Assembly (NCBI GenBank): GCA_963745035.1
Contig: CAVUVW010000013.1
Coordinates: forward strand, 992,001-1,056,000
Direction of reading: 5' to 3'
Length of the DNA: 64,000 nt
From: an uncultured delta proteobacterium
Lineage (GTDB): Bacteria > Desulfobacterota > Binatia > UBA9968
Below are positions 53,495 through 63,047 of this stretch, one piece after another (position 1 is the first letter of the stretch; the number at the start of each line of letters is the position of its first letter). The notes below the pieces were generated by a model, which did no database searches, was not told where the DNA came from, and worked only from the letters and a program-made list of their open reading frames with translations. Made by a program: the position numbers and the translations under genes.

Positions 53495-55402
53495 TTAAAA
53501 GTACGCTTGCAAATTCACCAAATACTCCTGCGTGCCGGCGCGCTGATTGAACTCGAAGCGAACCGCCAGGTTCTTGCTGAGCGTGTAGCGCTGGTGCGCG
53601 GTGACGCGCCATTCGCCGGACTTGTCGCCGGCGGTAAACTGGAGATAGCCGGCCGATAGCCCCATTTTCCAGCGCTCGCTGACATCCAGCAGCGCCCCCG
53701 CGCTCGCGCCCGCGCCGAGCCGATAGTCGCTGTCGAAAACCCTTCCGTACTCGGCGGCAAGGTCGGCGAAAGCGAAATACACCTCGCGCGTCAACCAGGA
53801 GCTTTCCGCGGCCAGGCCGATGCCGCCGGTAAAATTGCCGATGCGGCAAAAGCGGCAGCCGTTATGCCGGATGGTGTCGAATCCCGTGGCGACCTTCCAC
53901 GACGGGCTGAGGAACAGCGCGTTGACCGGCGACAGCGAAACGATGTTCACCAGGGTGAAGCGATCGATACGCGTATGGCCTCTTTCCGGATAGTGGCGCA
54001 GCGAGATACCCAAAGCTTCGATCTGCGCATCGGGCGTGTAGCCGTACTCGGGATCGAGGAGGTCGTGAAACGCCAGACGAAAATTTATCTCGCTGAAGCC
54101 GTCGCCTTCGCGCCAGCCAGCGCCCACGCCGGCGCGCATGACCTTGTGCCCTTCCTCCGGTGGGCCAGTAAACGGTTTCGGCGTATTGCCGGCCGGAGCC
54201 ACCCTGAGCCTGCTGCGCGCCACCAGCACCGTCTTGTTGCGCTGCTGATAAATGGCCGTATCGTCTGTCTCCGTGGCCGCCTGATACAGCAGGTAATCGG
54301 ATGCCACGTCGAGCACGCGCGCCTGGCGCTCCGGCGCCAAGCGGGTGAAGCCGTCGGCGCGCGCCTTCTGTGGATCGGCGACGATCGTCGATAGCCAGCC
54401 CCGCTCCGCGCTAGAAAGCGCTTCGCGGCCGCGCCGGATTTGCGTTGCGCGCGACGGCCGAAAGATCACTTCTTTGACCAATCCCGGCCGCTCGGCGATC
54501 ATGCGCACGCCATCCGAAGGAAACGTATAAAACCAAAAGCGCTCGGTAAGATGAATTTCCGGATCGGCCACATCGATCAGGGAAAGAATCTGATAGGCGC
54601 AGTTCTCCTTGAAAAAAAAATAATCGAAGGCCGCGTTGCCCATCTCCCAGGTATGCATCAGCATGCGCTCGATCTGCTCCGCGGTCAGATTGAGGCGGTA
54701 TTCCCAGATATCGCGGTTCTCGAAATCGCCGTACTCCCTCGCCTTGACGTAGTAGGGATGAGTCGAAAAATAACCGCTGAAGCCGCCGGCGACGCCAAGC
54801 ACGGCGAACAGGATGCCGTTGTCCGTCGTCACGTCGGCGGAATAGTTGACCGTGTAGGCGAGCAAACGGGTCTGCTCGGTCTGACCCCGTTGGTCCACGC
54901 GCAGCAGCAAATGGCCGAACATGGAGGAAGGATTGTTCATGTAGGCGGAGGGAAAGATCAGCGTGATCGATGCCGGATTCAGCTCCTGGAGCCAAGCGCG
55001 AAATCGCTCGCAGGACTGCGGCGGCAGGCGCGCTTCATCGATGGCGAGCGCGTTCTTCAGCCAATGATAGCGCGCGATGAAAGCGCAGCGCCCGGGCTGG
55101 CGCGATCTCCCGACAAGATCGGTGGAAAAAAATTGCGCGAGGGTGGCCTGGAGCTCGGCCTGTGGGTCGGTTTTACCTTGAGGTGAAAGAAAAAATCCGG
55201 GTTCGTCAGCCTCGCTCTCGTACCCGCCGCCGAGAGTCGCGCGGTAGTGTAGCAGCAAATGCCAGTAGCGTTGCTGATGTAGTTGGGTTGCCGCGGCGCG
55301 CTGCTGGAGCTCTCGAAGATACGAGGCGTGCTCAGCGCGGCCTAGCGCCGTGTTTCCAAAGAAACACAGCGCCAGCACCGCAAGACCGACGAATCCCGAC
55401 AA
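53495..55402 (-). CDS. DUF4105 (Lnb-like N-terminal domain) protein with probable C-terminal outer-membrane beta-barrel (start approximate)
   Basis: YWHLLLHY, FF.SP.G..DP.AEL, PSSMFGH, ENRDIWEY.LNL, YFFFKENCA; terminal YLVNLQAYF. Confidence 0.82.
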   Translation of the reverse strand: MSGFVGLAVLALCFFGNTALGRAEHASYLRELQQRAAATQLHQQRYWHLLLHYRATLGGGYESEADEPGFFLSPQGKTDPQAELQATLAQFFSTDLVGRSRQPGRCAFIARYHWLKNALAIDEARLPPQSCERFRAWLQELNPASITLIFPSAYMNNPSSMFGHLLLRVDQRGQTEQTRLLAYTVNYSADVTTDNGILFAVLGVAGGFSGYFSTHPYYVKAREYGDFENRDIWEYRLNLTAEQIERMLMHTWEMGNAAFDYFFFKENCAYQILSLIDVADPEIHLTERFWFYTFPSDGVRMIAERPGLVKEVIFRPSRATQIRRGREALSSAERGWLSTIVADPQKARADGFTRLAPERQARVLDVASDYLLYQAATETDDTAIYQQRNKTVLVARSRLRVAPAGNTPKPFTGPPEEGHKVMRAGVGAGWREGDGFSEINFRLAFHDLLDPEYGYTPDAQIEALGISLRHYPERGHTRIDRFTLVNIVSLSPVNALFLSPSWKVATGFDTIRHNGCRFCRIGNFTGGIGLAAESSWLTREVYFAFADLAAEYGRVFDSDYRLGAGASAGALLDVSERWKMGLSAGYLQFTAGDKSGEWRVTAHQRYTLSKNLAVRFEFNQRAGTQEYLVNLQAYF

Positions 55403-55446
55403 AGGAAAGGCAGCGAGCCTCAGCCGAGGGCCGGAGCTCGGTGGGC

Positions 55447-55956
55447 TTAGTTCAACGTGAGTTTCGTGAAGCTCGGGTGCGCTTCCATGCCGCTTTGTAA
55501 CGTCTGGATCATCGCGCCGGGCGTCGAATCCCCGGATTCTACCAAGCTTACGTATTGGGTTTGGGCCATAGTGAAAAACTCCGGGCGGCTCTCTTCGGGG
55601 ACGCCCATGAGCTCGGCCAGCGAGGCGAGGTGCTCGCCTCCGCCGCGCGCCATTTCCTGCGAAAGGCTCTCGTAGTTGGCGGCGGCGAAGATGCTCGCTT
55701 TGTGCTCGCTCATGATCGTGCCGTCGTTGGTGCAGCCCGAAGTTCCCGAGCTGATGCCGAAGGTCTGGTTGCCGAAGGTGCCGTTGGTCGTCGCCATCAA
55801 GACCTGCGGCGCGATGCTTTTCTGACGGCCGTAATCCGACCACGCCAATTTGCCCAGGCCGCAGCCGGGTCCCGTATCCGGATGGTCCGCCCATGCTCCC
55901 GTCGCGCTCAGCGGCAGCAAAAGCACGCCTAGTCGCAGCCATTTTTTGTTGATCAT
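55447..55956 (-). CDS. DUF3015 family exported protein
   Basis: Signal peptide (AWA|D); GPGCGLG, ATTNGTFGNQTFGISSGTSGC, MARGGGEHLASL. Confidence 0.88.
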   Translation of the reverse strand: MINKKWLRLGVLLLPLSATGAWADHPDTGPGCGLGKLAWSDYGRQKSIAPQVLMATTNGTFGNQTFGISSGTSGCTNDGTIMSEHKASIFAAANYESLSQEMARGGGEHLASLAELMGVPEESRPEFFTMAQTQYVSLVESGDSTPGAMIQTLQSGMEAHPSFTKLTLN

Positions 55957-56156
55957 CTCGTGCCTCCTCGCGTAAGATTTTGTAGCCCCAACTTTAGCTT
56001 GTAGAATATACCCTGGCAAGACTATGGCGCGGATATTTCAGCGCGGCCTTCTATAGACCAGACGGGCCGGAGAATTCATCGGCTTTCGATAGCAATGACA
56101 AGCGGGTTCTGGTAATACGCAAAGCTTCAGCAGAGTCGACGCAGCGTTGCTGGAAA

Positions 56157-57387
56157 ATGAGCATCCATCGCCGGCAATTCGCCAAAAAAGTTCTCGCCGC
56201 GGCCGCAGCGGCCGTATGGCCGCCTTTTCATATCGTCCGTGCGCAAAACGCGAAATTGAAGATCGGCGTGCTCCTGCCGAAGTCGGGACTGCAGGGCGTG
56301 ATCGGCCAGTCGTGCCAAAAGGGCGCGGATCTCGCGCCGGGAGTGATTCGCGATTTGCTCGGCGTCGATATCGAGCTGATGAACGCCGACACGGAGACCA
56401 ACGTCGATACCGCGCGCACGCGCGCCGAGAGGTTGATTCAGGAAGGCGCCCACTGTCTGGTCGGCCCGTTCGACTCCGGCGCGGCCGCCGCCATCGCTCA
56501 GGTCGCCGAGCAGCGCGGCGTACCGTTCGTGATCAATATCGCCGCTGCGCCGCAGATCACCGAACAGGGTTACAAATTCGTCTTTCGCAATTTCCCGGTG
56601 GCCTCGGAGCTGGTAACGAATGGATTGACGCTCATCAACGACCTATTTCACGCCACGGGCACAACGCCGCGCACGGCCGTGTTCATGCACGTCAACGACA
56701 CTTTCGGACAAGCCAATGCCAAAGCGATCGGCGCCATCGTGCCGAAGCTCAACCTGCCGTTCAAACTTCTCGATACGATCTCCTACGATCCCGCCGCCAA
56801 AGATTTGTCGGTGGAAGTCGCCAAGGCGAAAAGCACCAAGGCCGATTTCCTTCTCCTCGTGTCGCGCTTGAACGACGCGATCGTGCTGCGCCGCGAGATC
56901 GTCAAGCAGCGCTGGAATGTCATGGGCGTCATCAGCCCGGGCTCGCCCGGTATGTACGAGAACCAGTTTTATCAAACGCTCGGCAAGCTCTCCGAGCACT
57001 GCGTCTCCAACGTGCCCTGGTACGACCCGAAAGCCGCGCTGACCAAGAGCGTCGATGCGGCGTTCAAAAAGCGCAACCCGAAAGATCAACTCAGATTTCA
57101 TGCGCTCAACGTCGGCTATACTTTCGAAGCGATTTTGGTTGCGGCCGACGCTTACAAGCGCTCAAAGTCGGCCGCGGCGCAAGCTCTCACCGAAGCGATT
57201 CGTCAAACGGAAATCAAAACGCGCATGATGATCGGCGGACCGATCAAATTCAATGCCAAGGGACAGGTCGAAGGCAACTTGTCGGCGTGCATTCAGAACC
57301 AAGGGCAAAAGCCGGTGCTGGTGCTTCCCGCCGCGGCGGCGGAAGCCAAACCCGTGTTTCCATGGAATGAGTTACAAGAAAGCGTAG
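56157..57387 (+). CDS. Liv-type ABC substrate-binding protein with Tat signal (true stop probably TAG at 57385-57387)
   Basis: HRRQF leader, LKIGVLLP.SG, GPFDSG, GPIKFNAKG. Confidence 0.88.
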
Positions 57388-57431
57388 AATCCAAAGCGAC
57401 GGTTGTCGATGTCAGTGACAGTTCATCAGGA

Positions 57432-57528
57432 TGTCATCCTGAGCCAACGGCGAAGGATCTGCTTTTCTTTCGGCCAGTCAGAACGAATGCAAAGCAGATT
57501 CTTCGTCGCAGGGCTCCTCAGAATGACA
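57432..57528. repeat. Palindromic REP-like element TGTCATCCTGAG...CTCAGAATGACA
   Basis: Terminal inverted arms plus internal GAAGGATCTGC/GCAGATTCTTC inverted pair. Confidence 0.75.
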
Positions 57529-57579
57529 TGATGAATTATTCGCGCTCACACGAGTCTGCCTAATACATCTTCGCTTACC

Positions 57580-58455
57580 GTGACCATCGATCTCGTCAAT
57601 CTCGTCAACGTCATCATCTCCGGCGTGCTCACCGGGCTCGTCTACGGCCTGATGGCGCTCGGTTTGTCGGTCATCTTCGGCGTCGCGCGCATCGTCAACT
57701 TCGCCCACGGCGAAATGATGACCCTGGCCATGTACGCCGCCGTCCTCGCGTTTGCCTTCCTCGGACTCGATCCGTTTGCCGCGCTCGTGCCGATCGCCGT
57801 CGCTTTTTTCCTGTTCGGTTATCTCTTGCAAACGGCGGTGATCAATCGTTTCATCGCTCGACCCGAACACAGCCAGTTCATGCTGCTCCTGGCCATCGCC
57901 GTGATCATGGTGAACGCGCTGCTGATCATCTTTGGCCCCGACGCGCGCAGCGTGCAGCTCGATCATTTGCTGGAATCGATCGCCATTGGCCCGCTGCTCG
58001 TCGATCGCGGAAAATTCTACGCCGCTCTGGTTTCCTGCGCCGCATCGGCGGCGCTCTTCGCTTTTTTTCGCCTGAGCCGCCCCGGCACGGCGATCCGGGC
58101 GTGCGCGGACAACTGGCTCGGCGCCAGAGTCGTCGGCCTCAACGTCAAGCGGCTTTATTCGATCGCTTTCGGCCTCGGCAGCGGCTCGGTGGCGGTCGCG
58201 GGCTGCATGATGGTCCTTCTCTTCGACGTGACTCCCGCGTCCGGTCCCGCCTACACGCTGCTCGCCTTCGTGATCGTCATCGTCGGCGGTCTCGGTTCCA
58301 TGTCCGGCGCCCTCGCCGGCGGCGTGCTCATCGGCGTCTCGGAAGCGGTGGCGGGCCTGTTTATCGCGCCGTCCGCGAAAGGCATGTTCAGCTTCGCTTT
58401 GCTTATTTTGGTTTTGCTCTTTCGCCCACGCGGTCTTTTGGGCGGCCGATCGTGA
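57580..58455 (+). CDS. Liv-type ABC permease (LivH-like)
   Basis: YGLMALGLSVIFG..IVNFAHGE, IVGGLGS, FRPRGLLG. Confidence 0.92.
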   Translation: MTIDLVNLVNVIISGVLTGLVYGLMALGLSVIFGVARIVNFAHGEMMTLAMYAAVLAFAFLGLDPFAALVPIAVAFFLFGYLLQTAVINRFIARPEHSQFMLLLAIAVIMVNALLIIFGPDARSVQLDHLLESIAIGPLLVDRGKFYAALVSCAASAALFAFFRLSRPGTAIRACADNWLGARVVGLNVKRLYSIAFGLGSGSVAVAGCMMVLLFDVTPASGPAYTLLAFVIVIVGGLGSMSGALAGGVLIGVSEAVAGLFIAPSAKGMFSFALLILVLLFRPRGLLGGRS

Positions 58456-59423
58456 ACCCGCGCGCTATTGCTCTGCTCGCCGGTCTGGGGGCCGTATTAC
58501 TTTGCTTTCCGCTCGTCGCCAGCGATTATGTTTTATCCGTCGCCACGCTCTTTTTGTTCTTCGCGTACACCGGACAAGCATGGAATATCCTCATGGGCTT
58601 CGCCGGCCAGCTTTCGCTCGGCCATTCGGCCTATCTCGGTCTGGGCGCGTACGCCGCCGCGGCGCTGCATTATCATTTCGGCATGGGACCGTGGGCGGGG
58701 TTGTGGCTGGCATTGGTTCTCTGCGGCGCGCTCGGCGCAATGATCGGCGCGCTGGCGTTCCGTTACGGCGTTTCCGGCGTTCACTTTACGCTTCTCACGA
58801 TCGCCGTCGCGGAATTCATGCGCATCGGCTTCGACCATTTCACCTGGGTCGGGGGCTCCGGCGGCCTTTTTCTGAAAGTCGCCCAGCGCGACTACATCGA
58901 TCTGCTCAATCTGCGCGGTACGCCCGCGATGTTCTATTACGTGATCCTGGCGCTCGCCGCCGGCGCATTGGGATTGAGCGCCTGGCTGTTGCGCCGCCGG
59001 CCGGGCTACTACTGGCGGGCCATTCGCGAAAACGAGGACGCGGCGCAGGCGCTCGGCATCCACACGTTTCGCTGGAAGATGCTGGCGATGACCTTCAGCG
59101 CGTCGATGACATCGCTCGGAGGAGTTTTTTTGGCTTTTTACTATAACAATCTTTTCCCCGAGCAGGTCTTTCATATCTCGCGCTCCATCGAGATTATTCT
59201 CGGCCCGATTATCGGCGGCATGGGCACGCTTTTCGGGCCCATTCTCGGGGCGGCGCTGCTGGCGCTCCTCGCCGACGGCGCCACCGAAATACTCGCGGCG
59301 ACCGGGTGGGAGATCCCCGGCCTGAAGCACCTGATGTACGGTGTCGCTCTGTTCGTCGTGATCACCGTCTTGCCGCACGGCGTCTGGCCCGCTCTCGCGC
59401 GCAAGCTCAAAGTGACAAAATGA
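58452..59423 (+). CDS. Liv-type ABC permease (LivM-like)
   Basis: AWNILMGFAGQLSLGH, AIRENEDAA, GGMGTLFGP. Confidence 0.92.
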   Translation: MNPRAIALLAGLGAVLLCFPLVASDYVLSVATLFLFFAYTGQAWNILMGFAGQLSLGHSAYLGLGAYAAAALHYHFGMGPWAGLWLALVLCGALGAMIGALAFRYGVSGVHFTLLTIAVAEFMRIGFDHFTWVGGSGGLFLKVAQRDYIDLLNLRGTPAMFYYVILALAAGALGLSAWLLRRRPGYYWRAIRENEDAAQALGIHTFRWKMLAMTFSASMTSLGGVFLAFYYNNLFPEQVFHISRSIEIILGPIIGGMGTLFGPILGAALLALLADGATEILAATGWEIPGLKHLMYGVALFVVITVLPHGVWPALARKLKVTK

Positions 59424-60149
59424 CGCCGCTTTTGGAAGCGCAACAGGTCAGCAAGACGTTTCGCGGCCTGCGCGCGCTGTCGAGGGTTTCGTTGTCTGTT
59501 GAAACGCGCTCCGTCACCGCGCTGATCGGTCCCAACGGCGCAGGAAAAACCACGTTGTTCAATTTGGTAGCCGGCGCGACGGCTTCGGATGGCGGCAGGA
59601 TCTATTTCGGCGGCAAGCGCATCGACGGATTGCGTCCCGATCAAATCTGCGAGCTTGGCATCGCCAGGACTTTTCAGATCGTCAAGCCGTTCGGCGGCCT
59701 GACCGTCCTCGACAACGTCATCGTCGGCGCCCTCAAGCGCCATCGATCGGCGCACGAAGCGCGCCGCCGCGCCGATGCGATTCTTGAAAATCTCGGTCTC
59801 GGCGCCCAAGCGCGATCTGCCCGCGTCGGCTTTGACCCTGCCTGACCGCAAGCGGCTCGAAGTTGCCCGGGCGATCGCCACCCAACCGAAACTCCTGCTC
59901 CTCGACGAAGCGATGGCCGGCCTCCGTCCGGCCGAATGCGAGCCGATGATCGAGTTTCTGCGCGCGATCAACCGGCGTGATGGCCTCACGATTCTGCTGA
60001 TCGAGCACGTCATGCGCGCGGTGATGGCGCTGGCGCAATCGGTGGTCGTGCTTCACCAAGGAGAAGTGATCGCCAGCGGCACGCCTGAAAACATCGCACG
60101 CGAGCCGGCGGTGCTCCAATGCTACCTCGGCGCGAGCGTCGAAACGTGA
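59420..60149 (+). CDS. Liv-type ABC ATPase (LivG-like; frameshift near 59805)
   Basis: GPNGAGKTT, IARTFQ; LLLLDE and IEH in second frame. Confidence 0.9.
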
Positions 60150-60859
60150 GAACACTGCTCGAAATCAGAGATCTCGACGTCTTCTACGGTGATGCTCAGG
60201 CTCTTTCAGGCGTTTCCCTCGATGTACCCGAAAACGAGATTGTTGCCATCGTCGGTGCCAACGGCGCCGGCAAGTCCACTTTGATCCGCGCCATCGCCGG
60301 CATCGAACGCGCGCGCGCGGGGCGCATCTCATTTGCCGGACGCGACCTCGCGGGTCTCGAATCCCATGAGATTTGCAATTTAGGCATCGGTCACGTCGCC
60401 GAAGGCCGGCAACTCTTTCCCGGCCTGACCACCCTGGAAAACCTCGAGACTGGCGCCATGCTCTCGCGCGCCCGTATTCACATGAAGCAAACTTTGGAAG
60501 AGGTATTCGCTCTTTTTCCGCGTCTGGCGGAGCGCCGCAAACAACTCGCCGGCACTCTCTCCGGCGGCGAGCAGCAGATCCTCGCCATCGGCCGCTGTTT
60601 GATGAGCCGCCCGGACCTGATGATGCTCGACGAACCTTCGCTTGGCTTGGCCCCGGATCGGGTGCAGCAACTGCTGCAAACGATTCACAGGCTCAACCAG
60701 AACGGCTTGACGATTTTGCTGGTCGAGCAGAACGTCGCCGCTTCCTTGAAAATTTCCCAGCGGGCCTACGTTCTCGAAAATGGTCGCATTGTCATGTCTG
60801 GCGGGGGAGTCGATCTGCTGGGAGACGACCGCGTGCGCCGGGCGTATCTCGGACTATAA
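60146..60859 (+). CDS. Liv-type ABC ATPase (LivF-like)
   Basis: GANGAGKST, LSGGEQQ, LDEPSLGLAP, VEQN. Confidence 0.93.
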   Translation: MRTLLEIRDLDVFYGDAQALSGVSLDVPENEIVAIVGANGAGKSTLIRAIAGIERARAGRISFAGRDLAGLESHEICNLGIGHVAEGRQLFPGLTTLENLETGAMLSRARIHMKQTLEEVFALFPRLAERRKQLAGTLSGGEQQILAIGRCLMSRPDLMMLDEPSLGLAPDRVQQLLQTIHRLNQNGLTILLVEQNVAASLKISQRAYVLENGRIVMSGGGVDLLGDDRVRRAYLGL

Positions 60860-61020
60860 AACGGTTGAGCCGCTTCGCGCCGAGCGCGAAGCTCTTGACG
60901 GCCTCATTGTTTCCCGGATAACAAAGGGTTGACCTGCGGCAATGATGGACGGCTGGCAAGTCAGGTCGATGGCCGAAGCGCGCCATTCCACTAAAAAATA
61001 GAATCCATGGAGGCAACTCG

Positions 61021-62793
61021 ATGAGCGATACCGAGATCAAAAAATCCACCCAGCGCTGGCAGTCCGACGTGATCGTCGATCTGATCAAGCAGTACGACTT
61101 CCCGTACATCGCGCTCAATCCCGGCGCGAGCTACCGCGGGCTGCACGACTCGCTGGTGAACTACGGCGAGAATAAACCGCCGATGCTGCTCTGCAATCAC
61201 GAGAAGATCGCCGTGCAGATCGCCCACGGCTATGCCAAGGCGAGCGGCAAGCCGATGATGGCGATCGTCCACAACGTCGTCGGCCTGCTGCATGCGCCGA
61301 TGGGTATCTATTACGCCTACATCGACCGCTCGCCGGTCTTTATCGTCGGCGCCACCGGTCCGATGGATGAAAAGCTGCGCCGCCCATTCATCGACTGGAT
61401 TCACACCGCGTTCGCTCAAGGCGACGTCGTGCGCGGTTTTACCAAGTGGGATTACCAACCCGGCAGCATTCACGGCGTGCCGGATTCTTTCGCGCGCGCC
61501 TATTCGATCATGATGAGCGAGCCGCAGGGACCCGTGTACATGGTTTACGACTCGGCGATGCAGGAAAGCGCCATGAAAGAGGAGATGGCGCTGCCGAAAT
61601 ACAAAGTGAAGGTGCCGTCGCGGGTTGCGCCGGAGCCGGCGGTCGTCGAAGAGGCCGCGGATATGCTCATGGCCGCGGAGAATCCGTTGCTGCTGACGGA
61701 ATACGCCGCGCGCATGCCCATCGGCTTCGATTCCACCGTGCAATTGGCGGAAACCATCGGCGCCTCGGTTTACGACATCAACAAGCGCCTCGGCTTTCCC
61801 AACCGCCATCCGCTGAGCCTGAGCTTTCACGGCGACGCCTTCAAAGGCGTCGATGTCGTCGCTGCCCTGGACGTCGTCGACTGGACGCGCGGCTCGCACA
61901 AACTGAATACCCAAACGCGCGAGGTCAGCGTCGTCACGGCGCCGGACTGCAAATGGATCGATGTCGGCTTCGCCGATATCGAGATCAGCAAGTGGGCGAC
62001 GGATTACAACAAGCACCACAATTGGGATCTGCGCGTGCTCGGCGACAGCGCGCTGTCGCTCCCCGCGCTCACCGCGGCCTGCCAGAAACGTATCGACGGC
62101 AACAAGTCGCTCGACGACGAAAATCGCCGAGCGCAAAAAAGCCATCGGCGACCGCCACGCGCGCCAGTGGCAAAAATGGCAGGATCAAGTCAAAGAGGAA
62201 TGGAACCAGCGCCCCATGACCGAGTCGCGTCTGGCGCACGAGCTGTGGCAGGTCATCAAGGACGAAGACTGGGTGCTCACGGCCAATACGCTGAAAGAAT
62301 GGGTGCACAAGGTTTGGAACTTCGACAAACCCTATCGCCACGTCGGCCGCGAGCTCGGCACCGGCACCCAGATCGGCATGTCCATCGGCGTCGCTCTGGC
62401 GCACAAGGGCATCGGGCAAGCTCGTGATCGATCTCCAGCCCGACGGCGATCTCATGTTCGATCTCGGCGCGCTGTGGATGCCGATCAAGTACGACATCCC
62501 GATGCTGATCGTGATGTACAACAACCGCGCCTACTACAACGACTGGGCGCACCAGATCCACATGGCGCACCAGCGCGGCACCGACCCGGCGCGCGCTTAT
62601 ATCGGCATGGACCTCGAAGGCCCGCCGCCCGACTTCGCCCACATCGCCAAAGGCATGGGATGGTACGCCGAAGGCCCGATCGAAGATCCCGGCCGAAGTC
62701 GGCCCGGCGGTGAAACGCGCCATCGCGCAAGTCAAAGCCGGCAAGCCGGCGCTGGTGGACGCGGTAGTCTGGCGCCGCGGTGAGAATGCGTAG
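61021..62793 (+). CDS. Thiamine diphosphate-dependent enzyme (ALS/BFD-like; frameshifts near 62120, 62415, 62690)
   Basis: NPGASYRGLHDS, HEKIAV..AHGYAK; PDGDL..YNN ThDP-binding motif variant. Confidence 0.88.
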
Positions 62794-62880
62794 GGATGAT
62801 GCAACCACGATGTGATTCATGAGCTTCGCGCGCCAACAAATAAAGACAGTAGGCAGTTTCCAGGGCACGATTTTGCTTCA

Positions 62881-62960
62881 GTCGTCATTCCCGCGCACGC
62901 GGGAATCCAGGTTTCTTCTCGCCGAATTAGTCTGGATACCCGCTTTCGCGGGTATGACGG
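62881..62960. repeat. REP/dRS3-like palindromic element, copy C
   Basis: GTCATTCCCGCGCACGCGGGAATCCAG...CTGGATACCCGCTTTCGCGGGTATGAC. Confidence 0.85.
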
Positions 62961-63047
62961 AACCCAACCGCTACTCCGCCAGCTAGAAGATTCTCCGTGT
63001 CCTTCCTGCTGAACAAAACTTGAGAGATCATAAGGAGGAAAAATCGC

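Noticed and set aside
55403-55942. 815-aa DUF4105 ORF with extended N-terminus
   Set aside because: The extension overlaps the DUF3015 gene in another frame and reads as shadow sequence.
57388-57563. Palindromic element translated in frame inside the Liv binding protein (RPE-like insertion)
   Set aside because: Removing one base restores ...LQKA-stop at 57385-57387, so read-through is probably an indel error.
5858-62793. About 20 frameshifted genes as pseudogenes or programmed frameshifts
   Set aside because: They hit essential and core genes (fabD, plsX, glyA, ruvABC, acnA) at scattered sites, both halves stay conserved, and I saw no shared slippery motif. This fits long-read indel error.
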